Shown: positions 22,245 through 33,667 of the stretch, piece by piece
Layout of the letters: each line of letters starts with the position of its first letter
How positions within the stretch are numbered: position 1 is the first letter of the stretch
Assembly (NCBI RefSeq): GCF_006345805.1
Contig: NC_042997.1
Span: 60,264,001 to 60,328,000 of the forward strand
Direction: 5' to 3'
Source: Octopus sinensis
Lineage: Eukaryota
DNA: 64,000 nucleotides
Made by a program: the position numbers and the translations under genes
Notes under the pieces: generated by a model
Database searches by the model: none
Told to the model about the DNA's origin: nothing
The model's input: only the letters and a program-made list of their open reading frames with translations

Positions 22245-24309
22245 CTATAAGATTGATTAAATAAGACATTTATTATCTTGTGTATAAACACATAAAATAG
22301 ATACTTGATGATTCAAAGTGCATTGAGCATTTCTATGATAATTATGGTATATCAAACAAATACAATATATTTATAAGTATATGTGTGTGTATGTACGAAT
22401 GCGTGTGTATGTGTGTACGTCCATATGTAAGGGAGAGATATGGATAAAATACTAGCATCCATTCAGTAATATATATCCTACCACCTATTGCATATACTGA
22501 GTAATTTAGTCTGTTTTTCTCCCTTTCTCTTCCTGTCTTCTTTTTAATGAATTCATACATATACACGTATGTATTGTGTGCACACGCCGCCTGTGTACAT
22601 TTGTGTGTGTGTGTGAAGCATGCTTAAAGAATGCTGTACTTGATTGACCACACAAACAATATAATAGCAAACTAAACTAAAGGAATTAATAAATCGTCAT
22701 CTACGTTTTGGTAGTCCGTAGTTAACACAGACAACTAGGGGTGGGTTTCACTAAAGATTGGAAGCATTTTTTTCAAGAGCAGTGGGAAAAGCACATGTAG
22801 ATACGAACTTGTGAGGTGCATGTGTGCCAAAAGAAATGCGAATCGTTATTTCACAAATTCATAGATTTGTAACTTATATGCAACATTTGTTTCGGCACTG
22901 AAACCATTTTTTCTTTTGTGGGTTGGGTGAATTGGCAGAATGATTAAAGTATCAGACAAAATGCCTTTTGGAACTTGTTCTAGCTTTCTTTCCTCTCTCA
23001 GTTAAAATATCACAAAGGTCAACTTTACTTTCATCTCTTCAGGATCATTAAAATAAAGTACCAATCAATAGGAAGGGACTAGCGGAACGCAAAGAGCCGT
23101 AAGAAATAGCAAAAGTTAAATAATGCTTCGAGGAATCTCTTGCAGCTCTCCACCTTCTAAATTCCTGAACCAATTACTTGATTTACCCCCTGTTTAATAT
23201 CACCATCTAGTTCTTGAATGCATTTAGCGGACTTCATTCTGACACAAGCATTCGGCTATGTCTCTGGTGTAAAGATTATCTTCTTCTCTTCATTCCACCA
23301 GCTTCGATGGCTATAGCACAAGTCACAGTTAAGAACTATTGGTCCTGATCTGTGGAATGCTCAGCAAATTTATCTCATGATTTTCCTACTTGTCTAAACG
23401 GTTAAAAAATCTATGAGTTTCAGAAATATTTATCTGCGGGTGGCTCCAAATGTGTAATAGGGGTGCAATTTCAACGCTATTATGTTCGATGTGGTATGTC
23501 AATGAAATCTCCCACAAATCTCAGCTAGTCGTCTTACAAAAAAGTGGAACACATTGGATACTAAATTTGAACAGAAGACGAAATGATCACTACTGGTATG
23601 TTTTGGATCATTGTTATGCACGATCAGTGCTAACCTGGTGATAAAGAACAACAATAACAACAGTGTTTTGTGTTTTTAAACACAATAAGTATAAATTATT
23701 CCTATTGCCTAGACATTTCGCAAGCGTGAGATTTCTTTTAAATACGTCAAAATTAGTTTGTGTTTGGTGCATTACAGTTTAGCAGCTGGCATTTTTCGTT
23801 TCTTTTTCCCTTCATTGCTATGATTGATATTGTCCTTAACATCTAACACATTATTTATTTACGTATCGGTTTTAATAATAATGGGGTCTGTTTTTACAAG
23901 ACTAAATAAATTCTGAATGTAAGGAAAGATATCAACAATAAAAGAGTCTGGAATTTTTTTTTAAGAACAAAATTAGTCTTTAGGAAACGCGTACTGTTTA
24001 CTTATGTTTATGCTATGCTATCATGGAAAGCAATACAGTTCTGATGGGATAACATGCGAAATATCAGTTGTGAATTCCCACCTATTTTCTACCAATTCCT
24101 TTTATTCGGCACACAGGCCATGACACAGAGGGTACAACACAAGAACATAACAAAAAACATTAAGGGGATGGGGTTATACCTTAGTTAAAAAATCGAATAT
24201 AATGAAATCAGATGAATTTACACAGTACAATGAAATCGAAAGGAATTTTAAAATTATACGTTGATAGATTTTTCGTGTTCGTGTTCGACCCGCAGGTTTT
24301 TTTTTTTTT

Positions 24310-25590
24310 TTTTTAAGTTTTTATAATACCCCCTTTTTTTATTAATTTTTCCTTCCGTCTTTTCCTTCTTTTCCGTTCAGACCGGCTACACTACCGCGGC
24401 CCCGTTTACTCTCAACTTCCTTATGACATTTTCAGGCAGGCATCTCTTCTAGAGACTGATCTTTCTGGACAGGTGGTAGTTAAAAAAAAATAAACCAACC
24501 CGTGTCCGGAGATAAAGTCGCCAGTCTCAATTCCTCTTCTACGCGTCACCCATACTGTCTCTTTCAATACAGCTACTAAGAAGAAAAATGACGCTTCCTT
24601 TTTCTTATTAAAGGAGGGAGGCGGCACAATCTTGATGATAGACTCAATCGATAACCGTACTCATTCCGTATCTGACACCATTTGTTCGACATAGGTTATC
24701 AGTCCCCTAAATTCCTCACAATGTACGAAGGCGTGCGTGACAGTTTCGCTGACACGCCCGTACCTCGGTCACGTGGGTGGGATACCAGCTCCATGCCTTG
24801 ACAGCATCTCTCGAACTGGCAAAGCCGATCAGTAGCACATCCAGGTCAGGGATTTCTGGAAATTGTCCAGATACCTCGGCCCAAATATTCTTCCGAAAAG
24901 GTTGACAAGCTGTTCCTCGTCGAAGCTTAGAGTATCCCCCAGGACGTCGTCGGACATGTGCTCTACCAGCCTGCTATAAAAACCTGTAGTGGTAGCCCCG
25001 CTGCCGGTATTGCTCACTCGGGAGAACAGAGCAAGTGCATGTCTTCACTCCCTCTGCCATTCACTCATGTTCGGTCTCCTCGTGATCTATGCTCCTACGT
25101 CCTGCAGGGACGTCAATTGTGGCAGGAAGAACTTGACATGCGGTGACCACACCCGTTCACCATCCAGGTAGAGCCAGATGTGTCTCAGCGTCAGCGCATA
25201 CATGCGCATCATCAGCCAAGGCATCTCTAACTTACCCTTTCACGGTTTCTGGCAGCAGATGGAGCGCCTCACAAGTGGTGGTTTCCCATTCCTCAAAAAG
25301 CGGAAAAGGATCCATTCTAGCCTGGTCAGCCACACCCCGGGGCACGGCACAACGGTTAGGCGATAGGTTATCACAGATGCTATAAACACCTGTGCAACCT
25401 CGGCCCTCCCTAGCAAGGATAGCAACCTCACAGATCAAGTCTGGGTTATGGCCGTCACCTTGCCCGTGACGTCGCTCCAGTTTTTCTCCATCTGGAGATC
25501 TGGTCCGAACCAGAACCCAAGCAATTTAACCGGACACTCCGTCCATCGTCCCACGACGCTGTTGGGAGGCATCGACTTCCCCTCCACCCC
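24310..25590 (-). mobile_element. L1/Tx1-like ORF2 3' fragment (post-RT region and C-terminal Cys/His zinc motif), degenerate
   Basis: ILGFWFGPDLQMEKNW, AQVFIASVITYRLTVVPCP...FRFLRNGKPPLVRRSICCQ, SETVTHAFVHCEEF; runs into an A-rich tract on the minus strand. Confidence 0.7.
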
Positions 25591-28069
25591 TCCTATTTTC
25601 TACTGTATGTCAAGTAAGTTATTACAGGATATATAATGTATCAAAAAGTATCAGTAGGTTGTAACTACTTTAGGGAGAAAGAGAGATTAAAGCCTGAAAT
25701 TCTAAAAGCTTCAAATGTAATTTCAAATGATATCTTGAAGTCGGAAAAGTGTTATTAATTGTTGTATTCAACATACAAATACTCTCAGATTCATATCAGC
25801 TGATGGCCTATCTGCAACATGTTATTATTACAGAACAGAAAGTTTTCACTCAATCACTCGTAATACCATTACGTCATCCAAACAGATGTCCTTTACCAAC
25901 TGCAAAGTCATATCTTGATTGTAAACAGAAACCAAACACAAGTGATCAGAAAATTTAAATCCTCAGATTTTTAATGATTCAATGACATTCGATAACATAT
26001 TGTTATATATGGGCTCAGAGATTATTCCTTATGTGACGCAAATCTGTTGGCGATAAGGACTGCATGATTTTTTTAGTTGGTATCTAATTACCGGCTTTAT
26101 GTCAGACAAAATGTAAAGTGAAAACCTTTGATTGTTTCATTTATGTAAAACATTTAGTAGATATTTCACATATTCCAAAACCTCGATGTGTAACATAATA
26201 CATAAGAATTTATATCTATGCCACACCTTCGTTAATCAAGGATATCATTAAAGTATAAGTACATAGTTTTGTAACACTATAAGAATGCCTCTAAAAGCTA
26301 AAGCTTTTAGTGCAATTTTAGTATCGCTTTTCGTGTCTCCTTCAGTTTCAAAATTTAAACTAGAACGTTCAATCAGTCGATTTTCCAAATATTTTTAAAC
26401 AACGTTTCTCTCGATTGATTTTCCAGGACTTTTATGAAGTTTACTGCGTCTTGACGGTCGAAAATGTGCTGAAGTTTATTTCCTTTTCTCTTGATTCTGC
26501 TGAGGTTTGTCTAGAGTTAAAAATTTAGTTTTTACATCTATAGCACGGTTTTCGATAATGATAATCAATCCCAGAAGCCGATATAGAAAGGAGACATTTG
26601 GGTATTTTATTGTTCTTCCGTTCAGAATGAGTGACTGTACTTAATATTTACTGTATTAATAATCTTCGATATGATCACACATTAAGGTCAGCATGTTCTT
26701 TTTAAAGGTGTTGACTATTTACAACATAATTATCTAAATGTGAACTATTCATATATAAAAAACGTTTAAAACAGAAAATTATATAACAAAAGCCTTCGGG
26801 ATTAAATTCTATAAAAATTGTGTCTGGAATCGTTCTAAATTTTAAGCCCTTGTGGGTAATAAAAAAATCAATTTTAAGCCATTTTGACTTAAAATCTTTG
26901 ATAGCATGTTACACAAAATTAATTTTTCAAAATGTGGTAGATTCTCACAAGACATTTCACTTTTTTAAAAAATCGTTTGAATAACTACAATGAGTCAAGG
27001 TTTTCATAATAATACGTGACTGTGCTGATTATTGAAAGTTAGTATAATCTAGATTTGTTGGTTAATTATATTTTTGTGAACAGAAATTTTTGTTATAATT
27101 TTTACTCTTTGTTTCAGCGGTTTTATAACATTACACTAAAGTGTAGAATATCGGAAGAAACACTTTAGCGTTTAATTACGTTCCTTTCAAACCTCGTTTG
27201 ATCGACTTTGTCACTTACCATGCCAAGATCGACAAAATAATTAACAGTTGTATATCGAATTCGATTTGATTGATTGTATTCTTTCTTCTATATGATTCTA
27301 GTCTTTATAGCTCTTGCAAAAATGATTTTTCTTTATTATAATTCTATTCACATCTAGGATGAATTAGAGAAATATTAAATAGACACCAAGACTTGAGTGG
27401 TACCATATCTTCGATTTCGGAAAAAGAAAAAGACCAAATTTACTTCAGCAGGACTTGAACTCAGAAAAAGAAGTGCCGTAAGTACAAACCGCAGGAAATT
27501 TGTGCGACGAATCTGCCAAATCCACCGCCTTTTATTTCACTTGGCAGATTTTCGCATTCCTTTCCAGTTTCAGTAATGATCAGAGAATATCTATGAAAGC
27601 CCGCCGAAAGTAATCACTGGACAGTTTACACTCTAAACGTTGTAATATTTTAATTAAAATCTAAATCTCTGGGTCATGGATACAATGCAAAGTCAGTAAG
27701 AAGGCATGACCTGCCGTCATTTTAACAGGAAGGTTGTCTTCTATCTAATGCAGTTGGTTATATGATATTTAAATAAAACACTAACAGCATGATTCATGGA
27801 TTTGAAATATATATCAAAAGACATATTAAAAGGAATAACCAGCTGTCTTTTTCTTTTCTTTTTTTTTTTTTTCAGAAGAAAAATTTACAATTTGTCTTCA
27901 CTAGTTAAATTCGGATTGATTACAAGGCGGAAGCTGTAAGCAAATCTTTTAGAAGTACTGTCGAAGTTCTGAATATAAAGGAAAGCAATACATTCCCACC
28001 CAATTTGTCACAAAGATTAAATATATTTTTCTTCCACTACATAGGTACAATTATGAAGCTATAGCTGCA

Positions 28070-28400
28070 GGTATAGTTGTGTGGTTAAGAAGCTCCCTTT
28101 GTAATTGCGTAGTTTTGGGTTCTGTTCCACTGCACAGCAAGTTTCTTTAATTATATCCTAGGGCCAAGCAATGCATTGTGAGTGAAATTAGTATACAGAA
28201 CCTGCGTGAAAGCTCGTCATGTATTGGTGTGTTTACGTCCTCGTAAATTAACAGTTCGGCAAAAAGACTGATAGAATAAGTGCCAGGCTGATATATACAA
28301 AAAAAAAAAATAAGTACTGGGGTCGATCAGTTCGACTAAAATTCCTCAAGGAGGTGCCCTAGCAAGGCCACATTCTAATACCTGAAACAAGTAAAAGATA
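28070..28400 (+). mobile_element. SINE family C
   Basis: agttgtgtggttaagaagct...gatagaataagtgccagg...cctgaaacaagtaaaag. Confidence 0.65.
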
Positions 28401-28404
28401 TATA

Positions 28405-28489
<85 letters not shown>

Positions 28490-28492
<3 letters not shown>

Positions 28493-28992
28493 GGGTTGGA
28501 CAAAATAATGGAAAAACCTAGCATCATAGCATCGTGGAAGAATGTTATTTTCTCGAAAGAGTCATTCTTTACTTTATTTCCGACCACTGGTCGAGTATAC
28601 ATGTGGAGACAGCCAAAAGATGCATTTGATCCAAACTACCTTCTTCCAACTGTTAAACATGAAGGAGGATCTGTGATGATCTGGGTGGGGCGGGGCTATA
28701 TCTTGGAAATCCGCTAGCTCAATGGTTTCCCTTCATGGCAGAATTAATAGTCAAGACCATTTAAGCATTTTATCTGATCTAATTCATTCTATGGTTGCGG
28801 AACAGTTTCCGTGGGGAAACGTAATCTTTCAGGATGATAATGCACCAATTCACACAGCTAAAGTTGTTACTGAATGGCATGAGGAACATTCTAGTGAAGC
28901 TGAACATCTTATCTGGCCACCACAGTCCCCAGATCTCAGTATTATTGAACATTTATGGTGCATTTTAGAAAAACAAGTAAGGAGTCGATGGT
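28490..28992 (+). mobile_element. Tc1-like transposon relic: left TIR plus DDE region with D-36-E spacing, internally deleted and cut by a Tx1-like element
   Basis: TA|CAGGGGTTGGACAAAATAATGG TIR; VIFSKESFF, TVKHEGGSVMIW, FQDDNAPIH...WPPQSPDLSIIEHLW. Confidence 0.85.
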
Positions 28993-31325
28993 GACGTCGA
29001 AAGAAATCTGGCCGGCCTGTTAAGGACGGTACATCAACTGTTATCAGTCGAAAAGCACACCTATTGCTGCCATCGACATCTAAGACGACCAGCCTACCCA
29101 CCGGGTCTAGGAAAATGTGCTGGAGTGCTCGCGGGCTGTGGAGTCTGGTCTCGCTGATGGCTATGACATGCAGATTTTGTGACTTGATGTCGTTTAACAT
29201 GTAGCCTTATTTCCAAGGCGACCCCAAGCTACGTACATTTACACTGCCTATTTTGAGCATATTCCTATCGAAAGTTGTGTTTTACACACGAAAGGAAGAC
29301 GAAAGAGAAAGAGGGGGAGAGAGAGAGGGAGGGAGAGAGAGTCACTTACTGTCCGAAAGTTCTTTGTTCTTCACCTCACAGTCTTCTCCCAGAAGGTGTT
29401 TGTATAGTTTTTTAGACAGGTATTTTTGAAATATCCCAACTTCATCCGGGTAGAGAGATTTCAGGGTGCTGTGTGTGTTCTGTGTTATGTGTATGATTTT
29501 AATGTGTAGTGGTGGTGTTGTGCGTGGGGGATTCTTTGTTTTGGTATAATTTTCTGTTATGTTGGTGCTTGACCTAATGTATTCCATTAGATTTGGATTG
29601 TTGGTGCTTGTGACTGTCAACATTGTTAGGGGGGTTTGGTGTTAGTGTATTTGTGTTGATGCTTTTGTTTTCTACGGGTGTTTTGGTTTCGGGAGTGGTA
29701 AACCTCCCTGCATTGTTTGTCTGCTTCTCTATTCTTTCCCCCTTTTTTTTCTCTTTCCCCTTGTGGCCACTTGCCAATCCGCCGTGTCGTCTTCATCTGA
29801 CGACAGGTCGGAGGAATCAGGTGGGAGGGGAAGGGTATTGGTGTCTATTTCTGGGTGTGTTGACTTTGTTGTTGGTGTTGGTGCTGGTTGGTGACAGTTG
29901 GGGTATGATGTATGGGTTTTGGGGGGTAAGTTATGAATCTTTTTGGTTTTCTCTTCCTCCTTTGAAGTTGTTGTTGATGGTGGTGGTGGTGGCGGTGATG
30001 ATGGTGTTGTTTCAGTTCTTGGTGGCGCTGGTGGTCGTGTGGTTTGGTTGGGCTGACTTGTTGGTTCCTGCTGTTCCTTCATTCGCTTGTAGAGCTGTTT
30101 AGTTAGTTGTGCATATGGCAGTGTAGGTAGCAGTGCTGGTTTTTTTGCTCGGTGTTTGGTTTTCTTGTGGTTGTTGTTGTTTTTCGTGATATTGTTGTTG
30201 TCGTTGTTGTTGCTGTTGTTGTTGTTTCTGTGCTAGTGGGCAATTAATTTGTAAGTGTGTTTTGCCACCACAAACGTAGCAATATGACTTTCTACCTTCG
30301 ACGGCCACGTAGAAACTCGAATCCTCTGTCAATTGGATTCGATGTGGAATTTTTCGAAATTCATCGGATCAATTTGAGCAAGAATTTCGACTTCTTGGCA
30401 AATCCAGTTTTGCTGGTCCAGGACAGCGATTTTCTAGAGATGGATTTTGTCCTCGATGTCATAACAAATGGCAGACACGAGCCATTTTATTTCTATTTCA
30501 GGAGGCACATTCTTTATTTCTATTTTTGTGACCCTACGACCAAGGTATGTAGGGATCATCAGTAAATTTTCAAATTAGAAGGACTTTGTGGAGAGGTCCT
30601 TGGCTCTTTCTTCACTATCGAATCGAACTTCGGTCGTGGCAAATCTATTTCTCCTCGTGATGTAGTCTTTAAAGGCTTATATGGGCCTTATACATTTTTC
30701 TATATTTTCTTGAGTGGCCCTTTCGTATAGTGTTGTTTTTAAATTGAGTGTTCTGTAAGTAATTTTTTTTTTGCGATTTTTTCCGTGATATTTTTTGGTG
30801 TCTGTAGTTGTATGCTGAGGTTGTCTTTTTTAAAAAACATTGCTTTACAGGCAACCAGTTCTTTGGAAAAGCACATGATTTTTTTCTTTAGCTTTAAAGC
30901 TGCAGCAAAATTGTTTTCAGTATTCGTGTTGGTTGTGGTGGTGATGGTAGTAGTAGTGGTAGCAGTGTGGAGGCAGTGTTTATAGTAGTAAATGTATTCG
31001 CTTCTTTGTACGTATTTTCTAAAGCCTGTGTGCGTTCAAGCGGAACGGCTTTGGTTTCAGCTTCCTTCGCCTCTGACTTTGGTAGAGGCGGGAAGTCGGT
31101 TTCATGGTTTGGTTTAGCCATTTTCGATTTGAAATATAGCAAGGAAAATGAAGAAAATTTTTTTAAAGTTTTGGAAATGAACTCCAAGAGTTATTTACTA
31201 TTGCAAGATTTACTGGGAATGAAGTAGATAGTTTTAGACACCTCTTTCACAAAAAATATTTGACAAATAAAGCGTTTTTTCCATACAAAAAAGCCAACTT
31301 ACTTGGAGCCGATTTTTCTACCGTC
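28993..31325 (-). mobile_element. L1/Tx1-like element copy 1: ORF1 (gag-like, CCHC knuckle) plus start of ORF2 APE; RT absent
   Basis: ORF1 ...TTEVRFDSEE...IPTYLGRR...VEGRKSYCYVCGGKTHLQINCP. ORF2 start at 29260: MLKIGSVNVRSLGSPWK*GYMLNDIKSQNLHVIAISETRL. Contains frameshifts. Confidence 0.8.
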
Positions 31326-31489
31326 TATTTACAGTGAGATAGATTGCCAAGCTATGTTGAGCCAGTGTGGCAGAGTAGAACCATCAAAACCAGTATAATT
31401 TCAATGGGGGAGAGAGCATGCTGAGGTCTTCACCCTGCAGCGGACTGAACATAGGCAACCCAGTCACACACACACACATTCAGCGTGAC

Positions 31490-33667
31490 TTAGTGGTTAG
31501 GATGCGGTTTTTCGGTTAGAAAATGGGCTGTACATAACAAGACAGACAAGAACAAATAGGAGTCTACAAGGTGGAATGGGCGGACGGAATAACAATATGA
31601 ATAGATTTAACAAAAGTAAAAATTTCTACATGAAAATTAAGATATAACAAGGTGAAATGTTGGACATAGAGACGCTACAAGCCACAACCCAGCACTGCTC
31701 TTACACTGGAAATTAAAGTGTTACGTTCAATTTGGCCACATTCATACTCAACGATCGTGCTACTTGCATCAGACTAGTTTCTCCAAATCCCTTGACCTAA
31801 GATCATTTAGCAAGCGTGCTTGCTTCCAATACACAGCCAAGCTTGAAGGAAACCATGAGTTGAGATATAAGAAATTATTTACTTACTTTGAGATCGGTGG
31901 GAGATGTAGAGGTATCCTCCCCTCCCGGTGTGGTTTGTGGGGCATACTTGATTAAGTTCTGAAAAATATGTTTCGTGAAATGCAGCTGTAAAGCTCCAAT
32001 ATCATTAGGGAATTGTTCTTTTACTTTGCTATATGAATCACTGTTGATTTTTATTAGTTTTATATGTTCAGGAATTTGTGTGTGAGGTGGAGATTGTTGG
32101 AAGGTGTATGTTGTATTAAGTGTGTATTCTTGGTGTTAATTGCTGTGATATTAATAACACTTCATAAAGTGCAGGTGCGTGTGTGGAGGGTGTGCTTGTA
32201 GTGTGGCGTGTGTCTGTGGGGCGACGGGGGTGGGGGAAGTGTTTTATCTTTTTCTTGTCGCATCTTTCCGTTCCTAATATGTTGTGGGATCGTCTTGACT
32301 TTCTGTGGTAATGTTGGTGCTGGTTGGTATGGTGCTTTGGTTGTTAGCATTATCCTTGTGAACATTACTCGTCTTGGTGTTCGGGGTGAGGCCTGTTGGT
32401 GGTACTGATCTGGTTTTGGTGTTGTTTGTTTCCGCCTGGTGTTCTGGAGGCTCATCTGGTGGGGAGTAGCCCATTGCTGAGGTATTCGGTGGGAAGGAGC
32501 TTCTGATGCGGCCCTTTTGACCACATTTATAACATCTGGGCCTTCGTCCGTCCATCATGACTCGGAGGGCTCTGCTATCGGTAACTTAATTAAATCTGGT
32601 AACGATTTGAGATCCTGTTGGGTGGCCTGATTTTCCAGGTCTTGGCCCCACCAGTTTTGTTAGTGCAGCTTCGTGACCTACAGTATGGAAATGCTACTTT
32701 CCATATTGAGCATAACGGCTGCCACGATCAACACTACGTCAATATATGGTGGGACTTCTTCCCCAAGTTTCGTTCTAGATGTGCGTCTACCCATATAAGT
32801 GGGCGGCAGCACCAATTCGTTGGTCTTCAAGGCACTGTGGAGTGTTCCTTTGTTTCTTCTTCGGAAGCGAACCTTACCTCCACAGTGCCGTATTTTTTCC
32901 TCTTGCTACGTATGTTGTATTGCCCCATATGAGCTGCAGGCACTTTATGATGGTTTCTTTTGTCATATGCTCGATTTTGGGGGAATTTTAATGAGAGAGT
33001 TTTTAATATAATTGTTTTTCGTGTTGTTTCTTGCATTAAACCACCGGGCGGAATTAGGTTTACGCTGTTTCCTTCTTGTTTGGTCTCATGGTTGATAGTT
33101 GCTACCTACGCGAAACCGCGTTGGTTTGGTTTGGTTTGGTTTTTTAGTCTTCTTCATCGTTGTTGTTGCAATTTAGGATGTCCTTGGCAGCATTTGTCGT
33201 CTTTTCTTGGTCAATTGCATTGTTCACCTCCTCCTGTTCGCGACAGGGAAGTGCTGGGAACATTTCGAGGTACAAATCGTTGAGCAGGTTATAGTTTTCT
33301 TCGGTAATGGGGGTGTTATCTTTGCTTTGGCTGGAAGCCATAATTCAAAAAAAGTTCGCGACAGGGAATTGCTGGGAACATTTCGAGGTATAAATCGTTG
33401 AGCTCGTTATAGTTTTTTCGGTAATGGGGGCGTTATCTTTGCTTTGGCTGTAAGCCATAATTCAAAATAGTGTAAACAAGTTACGCAAGAAAAAGTAGAA
33501 AAAAGTGCAATTCGCCCCTTAAAGGGGGAATTCCTGAGCTCGATACTTCCCCTACTCGGCAGGTTTAGATTCGAAATCACATGAAATTCGCAGTAGAAGG
33601 ACATCACATAGAAAAGCAATTAGCAAAACTTACTACAAGAAAAACACACACCCGTTTGGCGGAAATT
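31490..33667 (-). mobile_element. L1/Tx1-like element copy 2: 5' end, ORF1, short decayed APE start, then a T-rich 3'-like segment; RT absent
   Basis: GTVEVRFASEEE...LLPTYMGRR...MMDGRRPRCYKCGQKG; atggtttccttcaagcttggctgtg...aatgatcttaggtcaaggg resembles the ORF2 start of copy 1. Confidence 0.75.

Noticed and set aside
29623-30102. Hydrophobic multi-TM-looking ORFs on the + strand (also 34390-34872 and 37139-37915)
   Set aside because: Antisense shadows of A/C-rich retrotransposon coding strands.
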